Source: Octopus sinensis
Lineage: Eukaryota
Length of the DNA: 64,000 bases
Direction: 5' to 3'
Assembly: GCF_006345805.1 (NCBI RefSeq)
Contig: NC_043009.1
Location: 24,862,001-24,926,000 of the forward strand
The position numbers were made by a program, and so were the translations under genes. This document shows, in pieces, positions 12,026 to 24,400 of this stretch; position 1 is the stretch's first letter; every line of letters starts with the position of its first letter. The notes beneath the pieces are model-generated. The model was not told the DNA's origin, made no database searches, and saw only the letters and a list, made by a program, of their open reading frames with translations.

Positions 12026-13159
12026 TTCATATATATATGTATATATTACGTGTATATATATACATATATATATTCTTCATATATATATGTATATATATGT
12101 CTATATATATATTCAGAGAGAAAGAGAGAGAAGGTGAGAGAGAGGGAGAGAGAGGTAGAGAGGGGTAGATCGTAATGATTTTTCAGTATATATATATATA
12201 TATATATATAAATAAACACATATATGTGTGCGTGTATGTGTCTGTATATTTACATACACACGTACATATATTCATACGTACATACATACATTCATTAATA
12301 TATACATACACACACACACGCACACATATAGATGTACATATATATGTGTGTATGTATGTATTAACATATATATATGTATGTGTGTGTGTATATAATATAC
12401 GTGCTTGTGTAAATGTATGTACAATGCGTGGGTATGTTTTAAGCAATTAATCTCTCTCTAGAAAATAAATGAAATAATGAAATAAGTAGGTACGTATTAA
12501 AACGAAATAACATAATAACATACGAGATTATGAGAAAAAACAAACATTACAATAGGGACACAAAAGAAAGCTAATAGAGAGTTTGTATGTGTGGCGAGTG
12601 GATGGTTGTTATGGACGCAGGGACGTGGGAGAAGAAGAAATGGAATGAATAATATAAAATTAATACAGGAATAATATATTTGAAAAAAAATTATGATGAT
12701 GATTATTGAAAAGTGAGGGCTTAATTCAAAAATTCCGAAACTGATATTTTGTTGATTTTTATCAATAAATCGATTTCATCATTGTTCATCGACGATAATG
12801 CATGTCGGAATACAGACGGATTCGTATGTGTGCGTGCGTGTATGTGTGTATATATATATATATTTATGCATACATAGATATGTATGTAGATACACACACA
12901 CATATATATATAACGCATGTATATTTACATACATATATATTTATATGTATGTACTTCTATATGCAGATATATACGTAATATACACACACATACAAGAAAA
13001 TATATATGGAGATGATCCATAAGTAAATGTATATATATAAATATATAACATATGAATAAGTATATATTCATATATGTATATATACATTATGTACATATGT
13101 ATAATCACGTGTCTATATGTATACACACACATACATATACACACACACACACACACACT

Positions 13160-13221
<62 letters not shown>

Positions 13222-13383
13222 TATATATATATATAGGCGTGTTTATATTAGAGAAATGCACCATGAATGGTCACATTTCTTATTGTAACCATGGTTATCA
13301 TCATCGTCACCACTAGTAAAACCACCACCTCAGCCCCCTCACAGGACAAAGACCACCAATAACAACCTCAAACGCATCATCGT

Positions 13384-13421
<38 letters not shown>

Positions 13422-14099
13422 CCATCATCGTCATCAACATTATGACCACCGTGTTACTGAAGTCCTTGCAATAAAAACAATAATACTCACAGATTTAGAC
13501 AGTAATAATAAGTGGATGAGAACTTGACGACTGCATCGACCCTAGTACTTCACTGGTACTTTAGTTTAATCCACCCCGGAAGAAGGAAATACAAGCTTCA
13601 TTTTAGCGCCATATATATTGAGAACGTAATTGGGTGGACAAAATAATTCAGGCTATCAAATACGCCTGGCATTTATTGTTAAGAAATACTTGGAAATGGA
13701 TGGGTGGCGTTCAACCAACCAATAATATAATACATGGATACACACATACATACATACATACATACATACATACATACATACATACATACATGCATACATA
13801 CATACATATGTATGTATATAAGATATATACATATATACATACACACACACACATACATATATATATACATTTATACATATATGGGTACAGGACATCACCA
13901 ACAGTAAACAACATGAAATACGAAACAAATTAGTACAATGCTCAAACAATGAGAGAAACAAATGGAAAACAGGTGTGTATCTACTCCTCCTTTCGAGCAT
14001 TGAACGACACTATGAGTATTCGAAGACAGTTGCCCACATACCAGATTTGTTAGAAAACCTGGCAATAAACGCTGCTACAGGTACAGTGCTAGGAGGGAG

Positions 14100-14340
14100 T
14101 AAAAAAGGTTTTGTCTACTCTGTCACAGTCGAGGAGATCCTGTGCTTTTGAAACTCGATCTTTTTGATACAACCAGACTCTACATGCTTTACCTCCAGGC
14201 ACTGCTATGACCAAGGGAAGTGAGCGAGAATGTTACAATTTATTGTATTGTGCATGCGCGACCGAGTTCAAGGTTAATCTGTGCAGAACAGTTTCACTCT
14301 GCGTATTATAACACCGTTTGGAAAGAAGCTACTAGTTTAT
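14100..14340. mobile_element. Fragment related to the 15.9-kb mariner-derived element
   Basis: Similar by eye to 16230-16410 (gcactgctat...caagg, catgcgcgacc...tcaagg, ttcactctgc.ta.tataac). Confidence 0.5.
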
Positions 14341-14529
14341 ACCATCACCGGTGCTGGACTGGGGCTTATTTTGTCGACCCTGATTGATAAAACGTTAAGT
14401 CAAGCTTGGCAGAATTTGAAATCAGAATTTAAAGACCCGGAAAAAATGCGGCTTAGCATTTTGTCCGGCATACTAACGACTCTGCAAACTCACCGCCTTT
14501 CCTATCGTGTCATTCCCTTGTCTTTTATA

Positions 14530-15084
14530 TCCGTATGGTTATCGACATCCTCGTCATCATCATCTTCATCAACGTTATCGTCACGTACATCATCACCGTC
14601 AGCATCGTCGTCATCATCAACATAACCATCACCATCATCCGAATAATCATCATAACTATCATTATTGTCTCAATCGTCATTGTCACAATCATCGTCTTCC
14701 TCGTCATCATCGTCATCATCATCGTCATCATCATCATCATCATCACAACATTGTCATCATAATCATCATTATTCTCTTCCCCATCAGGTTATTGGTCATC
14801 TTCGTAATCATCATCATCATCATCGACGTCGTCGTCATCATCGTCGTCGTCATCGACTTCGTAATTATTTTTATGATCATCATCATGAAGATCCTTACGT
14901 TCATTATCATCATAGTCGTTGTCGTCGATGCCGTTCATCTTCCAACTCATGCCAGAATGGAACCACCATATGACGCTCTTGAAGCCTAAATGAGTCTCAA
15001 ATTGCAAATATGAAAATAGCAACAGCAACAACAACGACAACGACAATAATAATAGTAGCAATTATAATAATAATAATAATAATA

Positions 15085-15126
<42 letters not shown>

Positions 15127-15195
15127 TATAACAACGATAACTATAATAATAGTAGTAGTAGTAGTAGTAGAAGTAGTAGTAGTAGTAGTATAGTA

Positions 15196-15228
<33 letters not shown>

Positions 15229-15266
15229 TAATTATAACAACGATAACTATAATAATAGTAGTAGTA

Positions 15267-15340
<74 letters not shown>

Positions 15341-15448
15341 TATTATTATTATTATTATATTATTATTATTATTATTATTATTACTATGACTATTATTATT
15401 GTTATTATTATTATTATTATTATTATACTATGACTATTATTATTGTTA

Positions 15449-15502
<54 letters not shown>

Positions 15503-15505
15503 CAT
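14530..15505. repeat. Compound (CAT/CGT)n, (AAT)n, (AGT)n, (ATT)n microsatellite field
   Basis: Directly visible. Confidence 0.95.
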
Positions 15506-15895
15506 AGCATTAAAACAAGATAAAAAATATGTAAAAGAATACAATATTCAACTGATTAATTTGTCTCTTCTTTACTTTTATTAATTAAAAACCAATATCA
15601 AAGCTAATGAGATTTTTTTTATTCCTTTAGTATTCAGTTTCAGTCATTATTAGTAGTTTTGTTGTCGCCGAAAACCGGGTTTTCGAATAGATTTCTCTCA
15701 TGTTCCCAGTTAATAAATATCAAAAACTTGTTAAATTCCCTCCAGGAATACTCTGTCAACCGTTTGTGGAAATTAAACTGAGTGAAAAAATATAGGAAGA
15801 TATATATTTGCGCATAGATGTCTATATGTAAATGTCACACACACACAGAAACACGCACACACACACATACACACAAACACGCAAGCGCGCACTCG

Positions 15896-16431
15896 TACGA
15901 GGTCTGATTCAAAAGAAATTGGGACTGGTGGTATCAAAAGACAACTACAACACACAACAATTCAGCATTTAATCCTACTTTGAAGTAGACCCCTCCTCCA
16001 GCTTCATTTCAATTGATGGAACCATTCCTGGAACTCTGTTCTTGAGATAACGAGAAATTGTTTCGTCATACTCTCTTGGATTCCCGTGATATTTTGAAAC
16101 CTTGTTAGACTCTTTCACTGCGGAAAGTGACCCTCGGTTTCGAGGCCATAGACATAGACCCACAATTCGTCACCTGTCATGTACGTTTTCATAAAGGCTT
16201 CGTATTCTCCGACACAATCAAAGATATCCTGCGAAGCTGAAACCCGATCTTCTTTTTAGAGACGACCACACTCTACACACTTTACTTCCAAGCACTGCTA
16301 TAAACAAGGCAAGTGGATTATAACTTAGTCCTCATGCGCGACCAAAATCAAGGACTATCAGTGCTTCACTCTGCATACTATAACTCCATTACCAAAGTAA
16401 CAGCTCCGATACCTTTTGATCAGACATCGTA
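15896..16431. mobile_element. Mariner-derived MITE / internally deleted element
   Basis: Imperfect TIRs TAcgaggtctgattcaaaag ... cttttgatcagacatcgTA with TA ends. The internal part is related to 14130-14330. Confidence 0.75.
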
Positions 16432-16448
16432 TATACATATATATATAT

Positions 16449-16489
16449 ACTAGCATTATGACCCGGCGTTGCCAGGTCATAGTGCTAGT
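16449..16489. mobile_element. Helitron-like terminal hairpin
   Basis: actagcattatgacc-cggcgttgcca-ggtcatagtgctagt: 15-bp stem with CTAG at both ends, next to (TA)n. Confidence 0.35.
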
Positions 16490-16621
16490 TTGGTATAAAT
16501 TTGTTAAATTAAAAATTTGTGGTAATAAAACATACAATGACATATTAAAAAGACGAATTAAAATTCCAGAGAAAAATACATAGAAGATAAATATACAAAT
16601 TTACAAAAATAACTAAAAGTT

Positions 16622-16703
16622 CATCTACGAGCCGTTTCGGAGATGCATTAATTAATATGAAACATATTATATATTTAAAATTGACACTGCCCTCGTCAGG
16701 ATG
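16622..16703 (-). ncRNA. Type I hammerhead ribozyme, partly degenerate
   Basis: Minus strand: catc-CTGACGA-ggg...ctcc-GAAAC-ggctc-GTA-gatg. Stem I catc/gatg; stem II imperfect with a long AT-rich loop. Confidence 0.55.
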
Positions 16704-17735
16704 TTTTTTACACACTACACATAGTACACGGAAACAAATGCACAATTACATACCTGCTACATGCGAAAGACCAGACATTACGTACTCCTAAAAATTCTCC
16801 TAGATACTGAATGCTACTTTATAAGCATATAATTCAATCTAGCAGCTATAGTAAATGGTATGAGCACATGTCCATCTGGACTAATTCACTTCTGCACTTA
16901 ATTAAATTTTTCATCTTTTAATTTCTCCCATTCATGCAAAGCCACATATTCGAGTTCAAGTCCTTGATACATTTTAAACTAATTGCTATTTTTTCTTTTA
17001 ATTGTTATATAACGATTTAATTACCATTTTAATAAAATAAAATATATTTAATTACTACTTACTATATTTACTATATTTAATTCAATTGTTATTATTACCA
17101 CTAACTTTTATTGCAATTTTTATTTCTAAATTTCTTATGGAACGTCGAGTGGATCTTATGCGTACAATATATTTTTATATGATGTTTATATATTTATATA
17201 TTACTATATATTTCTAAACGCCGGGCTTTGTGTCTGTTCAGTAGATATAAATGAATATATGAATATACGTATGTGTTTGATCTTTCTGTGGATTTTGTAG
17301 TGCTTTTGTAGTTGCTGCTCGCATTGCCTCCCCTCGGATTAAAAAGTGTATACAGCTCAGTTGAGCACTACTGTTCCAGTCTGTTATATATTTTGAGCGT
17401 TGTTGTCACTAACGATCTCAAGATATAACTTTATATTTTGTAATATATATATATATATATATATACATCCATATACATACAATAGAGAGATGTTTTTCTT
17501 TCACTTTTAACACGTAATACTGAAATAGTGGAGAAGATATGATACTGCTGTGGGCTCGCTCTAGGAAAGAAGTTAAACATTTTTGCCCATGATACTACAT
17601 GGACCCTAAGTAAGGCATGTGTGAAATTTGAATGAAATTGGTTTTGTAGTTCTCAAGTTTTAGGGAAACACACAGACAGACAGATACACATTCTCAGTTT
17701 TATATATATAGAGATATACATATACACATATACAT

Positions 17736-17781
<46 letters not shown>

Positions 17782-17813
17782 TATATATATACATACACAC
17801 ACACACACGCACA

Positions 17814-17866
<53 letters not shown>

Positions 17867-17944
17867 GGGTATACTGGGCGAAAACAAAACTGACAGAAAA
17901 GGGAGACAAAAACACCATACAGGGGACATTTGCAGTTGATTTTC

Positions 17945-18003
17945 TCATCAGTTGGTTTCCGAGACGCCTTAGTGGTTTCACGCTAATTAAAACCAAGACC
18001 ACT
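17945..18003 (-). ncRNA. Candidate non-circularly permuted hammerhead ribozyme (B, intact core)
   Basis: Minus strand: agtg-GTC-ttggttt-taattagcgt-GAAA-ccact-aaggcgtctcgg-aaaccaa-CTGATGA-g. Stem III agtgGT/Accact is 6 bp; stem I ttggttt/aaaccaa is 7 bp. Confidence 0.6.
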
Positions 18004-18644
18004 CTTATCAACGGGAAAGTCAGAGGATAGAGCTACAGGAGTAACTGACGAATGTGTGCGAAGACAGGACAAAATAACATTGTATGTACAATAAGAAATA
18101 ACGACAGGATATAACAAACAAGGAATAGTACATATACAATAGAAAATCTCTTATAGCCGTACAATAAGCAAATGGAATAAATATGCGTATATGCACGAAA
18201 ACAATATAAGCAAAGCCTTTTCGATTATCAAGACAGACAGAGTGAAGTAGCGCAAAGAAATGGAATAAATCCTTGACGGACAGAACACAAAACGTGTCTG
18301 GTTTGGTCAGGAGCAGACCGAGAAAGAACGACAAGGACTAAAGAATGAGGGAGGGAAAGAGGGAGGCAGAAGACAAACAGAAAGGCAAGGAAAGAGGATA
18401 GGATACAAGGAAGGCAATTAAGGAGGGGAGGGAAAACAGAGCGAGAAGAAAGCGCTAAGAGTTGCACTACAAATATTCAGGGAATATCTATTATAGTTAA
18501 GTAAAGAAATGACGGTGCGTTGCGCTGCAATGAATATTTCAAAACTTAGACGGAGAAGGGACGAATACGCGAAACTGGGCGAAAACTTAACGGACAGAAA
18601 AGGGAGACAAAAACATGATACAAGGAACATTGGCTGCTGGTTTT

Positions 18645-18704
18645 CTCATCATTTGTCTTCCGAGATGTCTTAGTGGTTTCACGCTATTTAAAATGAAGAC
18701 CACC
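18645..18704 (-). ncRNA. Degenerate permuted hammerhead (B, second copy)
   Basis: ggtg-GTC-ttcattt...GAAA-ccact...aagacaa-ATGATGA. Stem III is retained, stem I has two mismatches, and core C3 is changed to A. Confidence 0.45.
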
Positions 18705-18803
18705 GTTATCAACAGGAGCGCCAGAGCATAGACCTACACGAAAAGGCTGATGAATGTGTGCGAGAATATATAGATACATACATACATACATATAAATACA
18801 TAT

Positions 18804-18893
<90 letters not shown>

Positions 18894-19069
18894 CATATAT
18901 ATATACACATATATGTGTATGTGTGTGTGTACACACACAACACAAACAAGACAGACGTAAATAGACACCTCATAAAACATCGTTTTATGTTTATTCTAAC
19001 TTGTAAAGGTTTATTAATTGCCATTTTTATGTTTCGGGTTTTATATGTAACTGTTTAATCATACCATGT

Positions 19070-19900
19070 ACAAAAGAAGCGTTGATCGTATTGTGTGTCA
19101 ATCTGAAGGAGGACATAGCATAAAATCGCAGAAAACCTGGGGATTCCACTTTCTACTGTTAATAGGGTGATTGCGCAATTCACCAAAGAGGAGAAGGAAT
19201 CCAAATCACGCCGCCCGTATCAACCAGGGCCCTCTGACAGGACCCTTCACTTTGTTAAGTGACGTGTGGAGGATAATTCTCCTTATAAGGCCTCTGACAT
19301 AGCAGAGCAAATTGATGTTAGTCCCAGAACAGCTTGGTTACTATTGCAGAACTTGGTTACTATTGCAGATCAGCATGAAGGAAGCCACTTCTTCGACGAA
19401 CCAATATCAAGCGGAGAAAATATTGGGCCAGTGAAATGGTGGAGAGGCCGCTAGCAATTTGGGTCAATCTTATATTCTCTCATGAGTCTAGATTTGCTGT
19501 ATTTTCTGACAGTAGTCGAGTGCAGCCAATAATGAAACACGGCAGCTATTCTGTGATGGTCTGGGAGCAATTTGGAGCAATTGTTGATCAGAGGTGGTGG
19601 AGGGTGAGGAAAACATAAACTCAGATAAATATGAGTCCATATTGCAGAAAAGACGCTTTCCAATCTTCTTCACTGGTGAAATGATTAAAGAAGACCTTTT
19701 ATTTATGGAAGATGGAGTTCCTTGTCACAGGGTTAAAACGACCTAAGATTTGTTGGATGAGAATGGCATTCAAAAGCTTCCATGGCCAAACAAGTCACCA
19801 AATATGAACCCTATTGAACAGCTCTACGGCATAATGGGCAGGACACTGCAAGAAATTCCGCAAAAGAATATTCGTAATTTGAAGCTGAATGGTTAGAAGT
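19070..19900 (+). pseudogene. Tc1-family transposase pseudogene
   Basis: [16 protein letters not shown] (HTH-like), IFSHESRF, KHGSYSVMVW, FMEDGVPCHRVK and WPNKSPNMNPIEQL match Tc1 DDE motifs (FSDESKF, KHGGGSVMVWG, QDNAPCH, WPxQSPDLNPIE); multiple frameshifts. Confidence 0.85.
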
Positions 19901-20839
19901 AAGGAAAATGTCCAGATTTCTTAAAAAGTTATTATGCCAAATATTCTGAGAAAAAAAATTTTTTTTCACCACAACAAAACACACACACATACACGCACAC
20001 TCACACACTTGAGCTACTACAAATAGCAGCCAAATCTCTTAGCATTCACCTTTTCATCAAAAGAAAGACAGGACTACAGTATTTCAGGAAGAAAAAATAT
20101 CTATGTGATGGATCTGCTACATCAGAGGCAACTCTAGGCTAAACAAAACACAAACATACTTCACATTAAAAGGTTATTTACTAAATAATACTAATAATGT
20201 TGACGGTATATATTCGAAGTTGCATTCTCTGGTAAAATTCCATGTATTTTAAACATTTTCTCATTATGTTCTATCTAAGACATAAAGATTGTTCAGGCAT
20301 AGTTGCCATCCTTACCGAAGACCTCAAAATTGTGCGAGCCAACCACATTTTGAGGATGTTTTTGTTGTGAAAAAGAGTTGTGTAAAAACATACTTTATTT
20401 GGTAGCCGAAAGATTACTAAATATTTTGATACTTCATGTCAAAATAAGGCAACTCAATTTTCAAATCCTTAAGGAACACACACACACATACTTTGTTTTA
20501 TTTTATTATAAAAGCTATATAAGTGAGTGTGTGTGTGTGTGTGTGTAGGTATACATACCTTTGTACGCACTTACCGTACCACAAAATGTTTACCATTATT
20601 ATGATGCTTAACGTTTTAAAGTTTTCTCCTTCTCGTCTTCTTCAAGAAGAACAAAAAAGAACGGATCAAGTAAATAGCATAACGCAATATATAAAACAAA
20701 CAACAAAAAATTCTCCTTTGACTTTAGTTTCTCTCATAAAACCGGCGTCAGCAACTTGTCAATTTATATTTGGTGAAATCCAGTATTTGTGTTTTTGAAA
20801 CTTGCCACTCATTTCCATACTTAATCCTTCTATATTTTC

Positions 20840-20933
<94 letters not shown>

Positions 20934-21067
20934 GTCTCCCGCTTCAGTCATTGGACTGTCTTTCAGGCTTTTAGCGGAACAAATCCACACAAGTACTACT
21001 GCTACTGCTGCTGCTACTACTACTACTACCACTACTACTGCTGCTGCTACTACTGCTGCTGCTGCTG

Positions 21068-21104
<37 letters not shown>

Positions 21105-21121
21105 TACTACTGCTACTGCTG

Positions 21122-21168
<47 letters not shown>

Positions 21169-21465
21169 GCTACTGCTACTGCTGCTGCTGCTGCTGTTGC
21201 TAGAGATACTTTTGTAATTGATAAACTTTATTTTTTGTAAATCCTAAACTTTTGGCAACTTTCAACCCCTTAACTTATGCTCGTGCACCCTGATCATGTG
21301 GACTTTTTCGTCTAGAGACCCTCTTATCATTATCCATCCCTTCACCATTTTCGCCCATCCTCAACTTGAACAGTTGTCCGCTGTGGTTCTTCCTACACGA
21401 AACGAAACCATTGCTGACTTTGTGCCAAAATTTGAAACCATCCTCCTACACACCATCATCATCAT

Positions 21466-21506
<41 letters not shown>

Positions 21507-21641
21507 CGACAACAACAGCAGTGAATATTACGGTATCATGAATATGAGGATGCAATCTAAAATCAATCTCCTTTATCGCGATCGATTTTATTATTATTTT
21601 TTGAAAGAATATTTATTTATTTATTATTATTATTATTATTA

Positions 21642-21674
<33 letters not shown>

Positions 21675-21841
21675 CATTCTTCTTGTCTTGTTCTTGTTCT
21701 TGTTCTTGTTCTTCTTGTCTTCTTGTTCTTCTTGTTCTTGTTCTTGTTCTTGATCTTGTCTTGTTTTCTTGTTCTTGTTCTTGTTCTTGTTCTTGTTCTT
21801 CTTCTTCTTCTTCTTCTTCTTTTCTTCTTCTTTTCTTCTTC

Positions 21842-21880
<39 letters not shown>

Positions 21881-21933
21881 TATTATTATTATTATCATTA
21901 TTATTATTATTATAATAATTATTATTATTATTA

Positions 21934-21987
<54 letters not shown>

Positions 21988-22020
21988 TATCATCATTATT
22001 ATTATTATTCATTACTATTA
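20840..22020. repeat. (TTTC)n, (ACT/GCT)n, (CAT)n, (ATT)n, (TTCTTG)n microsatellite cluster
   Basis: Directly visible, with short unique spacers. Confidence 0.9.
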
Positions 22021-22369
22021 TTTTTATCCGAGCACGCGTATCTCATCTTCTGATGTTTAACTTACTCCGTTATAAATTTTAATTCGAGTTTTAGAGTTCT
22101 ACCTTTCGATTTTCTTTTTTTTAAGTGTTCTCTAACGTGCCCAAGCATTATGCGTGTTTGTGTTTTGCGTGTGTATGTGTGTATGTGTGCGTGCGTGTGT
22201 GAGTGAGCGTGTGAGTGAGCGTGTGTGTAGATAGACAGCTAGACAGATATTCTTACATACGTACATACATACATCCATCCATCCATACATACATACATAC
22301 ATACATACATACATACATACATACATACATACACACACACTTGTATATAGCTTAGCACAGAATATTTCA

Positions 22370-23000
22370 TTCGTAATGTTTACCTGTTTACCATCATTAT
22401 GATGTCAAACTTTATAAATTTCTTTTCTCCTTTCTTGTCCTCTTCAAGAAGAATGAAAAAATGTGTTCGCTTGCTCGCGTTTCTATGTTTGTTTTTGGTA
22501 CTTGTATGTTGCAGCTCCCCAATTTCAAGAGGAACAAGTGCACAATTGGACCACATTACTTTTGTCAAGTACTCTTAGTCATAGCCTGTAGTATTCCTTG
22601 TACAGAATTTTTATGTCGCCACTCTACTACTTCCTTCGATTAAGTTCTATTTGGAGATTAAATGATAATATTTCCAACTGTTTATTATCCCTAAAAACCC
22701 TTCCAGATATAATTTGAATATTACTCGGTTGTCAAGGAAACCGAATGTAAACGTAGCGTATATATTTGCCTTGAAAATTGTTTTTCTTGCTTCGACATCC
22801 TTATCTTTCCGTCGTCAATCACTGTCGGAATTAGCCCCGTGGATTTCGGATTAATTACAAATAAAGTTCTTTGCTAATTGGCTACGGTCTATCTTGATGA
22901 AGCTTTGAAATCGAATCCGCCAATCACCAAAAGTAATATTAATAGCAAAATGAAAATATAATAGACATCTTGAACATCTCCTAATATAGCCCCGGGCCGA
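22370..23000 (-). pseudogene. Possible Penelope-like RT remnant
   Basis: Minus-strand ANIYATFTFGFLDNR...NSWK resembles the PLE RT YATLxMGFLE...W motif. Segment 22370-22470 is similar to 20570-20680. Highly degraded. Confidence 0.3.
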
Positions 23001-23056
23001 AAAATGCCCTGTGAGTTGATTTGGCTGAGGGAAACTAAAAGATGCCCGTATGTATG

Positions 23057-23090
<34 letters not shown>

Positions 23091-23116
23091 TGTATGTATG
23101 TATGTATGTATGTATG

Positions 23117-23147
<31 letters not shown>

Positions 23148-23265
23148 GGAGTTTAAACGGGGGTGTTATTCAAATCTTTATACTTCTGACATATGTTTCG
23201 CAGAAAGTATTGGTATTATTCCAGAAGGAATAAAATGATGTAAAACAACGCAATCTTCTCATTAG

Positions 23266-23365
23266 NNNNNNNNNNNNNNNNNNNNNNNNNNNNNNNNNNN
23301 NNNNNNNNNNNNNNNNNNNNNNNNNNNNNNNNNNNNNNNNNNNNNNNNNNNNNNNNNNNNNNNNN
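23266..23365. other. Assembly gap (100 N)
   Basis: Run of exactly 100 N, a typical placeholder for a gap of unknown size. Confidence 1.
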
Positions 23366-23384
23366 CTCCTAGATGGTTAATCGC

Positions 23385-23800
23385 TAAGGTACTTAAGTTT
23401 TCTATCTTCGATCGCATTATTTAAATAGCGCTGGTTCTAAATTCCATAGACAAATCAATCTGTAGAGATAAACTAAAACACAATTAAATCGCACTGCTAA
23501 TACAAAAAAGGTAGGACGCAGTATTCACTTTTAACCTACTTCGTATGGTTGCATAACTAGATACGGTCTCCCTATCAGCCATTAATATGTACCAGTTTCC
23601 AGGACTGTGAATAATATGTAAATTGGTCTATCCAATAATGTTACACTGCTTTTTAAACAATGTGTACGTGGATGGTTAAGTTGTTGGATGTGAGACTGAA
23701 GAAGGAGCAATAACTCCCGAAATATGCATATACACCAATTAGCCATTTCTCTATCTTCGATCGCTTAGTTGACATGGCTCTAAATTCTATAAAATAACTG
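23385..23800 (+). mobile_element. Penelope-like terminal-repeat remnant with degenerate hammerhead
   Basis: Short direct repeats 'tctatcttcgatcgc...ctaaatt' near 23400 and 23750. CTGAAGA(23696)-aggag-caataa-ctccc-GAAA-tatgcATA, with a palindromic ATATGCATAT. Confidence 0.4.
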
Positions 23801-23859
23801 TAAAGGTAACTTATAAGAAATTTTATATAGTTGACTGACTTACTTCGTAATATTCTTTT

Positions 23860-24400
23860 CTACTCTAGGCACAAGGGCCAAAATTTTGGGGGATGGGGTC
23901 AGTCGATTCAATCGACGCCAGTACACAACTGGTACTTAATTTATCAACGCCGAAGGGATGAAAGGCAAAGTCGACCTCGCCGGAATTTGAACTCAGAACG
24001 TAGCGGCAGACGAAATACCTATTTCTTTACTACCCACAAGGGGCTAAACACAGAGAGGACAAACAAGGACAGACAAACGGATTAAGTCGATTATATCGAC
24101 CCCAGTGCGTAACTGGTACTTATCTAATAGGCCCCGAAAGGATGAAAGGCTAAGTCAACCTGGGCGGAATTTGAACTCAGAACGTAGCGGCAGACGAAAT
24201 ACCGCTAAGCATTTCGCTCGGCGTGCTAACGATTCTGCCAGCTCACCGCCTTAATTTTCTTCTCTACGCACACGGCCTAAAATTTTGGGGGAGGAGGCCA
24301 GTCGATTAGATCGACCCTAGTACGAAACTGGTACTTAATTTATCGACCCTGAAAGGCAAAGTCGACCTCGGCAGAATTTGAACTCAGAACGTAGCGGCAA
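23860..24400 (-). mobile_element. SINE family 1, compound copies
   Basis: Reverse complement of the 7748-8365 unit, three core repeats. Confidence 0.85.

Larger units (their letters stand above)
17873..18763 (-). mobile_element. Element B: direct-repeat-bounded element (retrozyme-like) with permuted hammerhead
   Basis: Diverged ~190-bp direct repeats at 17873-18062 and 18574-18763 (offset 701) flank a purine-rich (plus-strand) non-coding core. Both sides are flanked by (TA)n/(CA)n. Confidence 0.65.

Noticed and set aside
18045-18066. Plus-strand CTGACGA...GAA as a second, antisense hammerhead in element B (also 18747)
   Set aside because: No stem II or GAAA/NUH arrangement; better explained as one arm of the closing helix.
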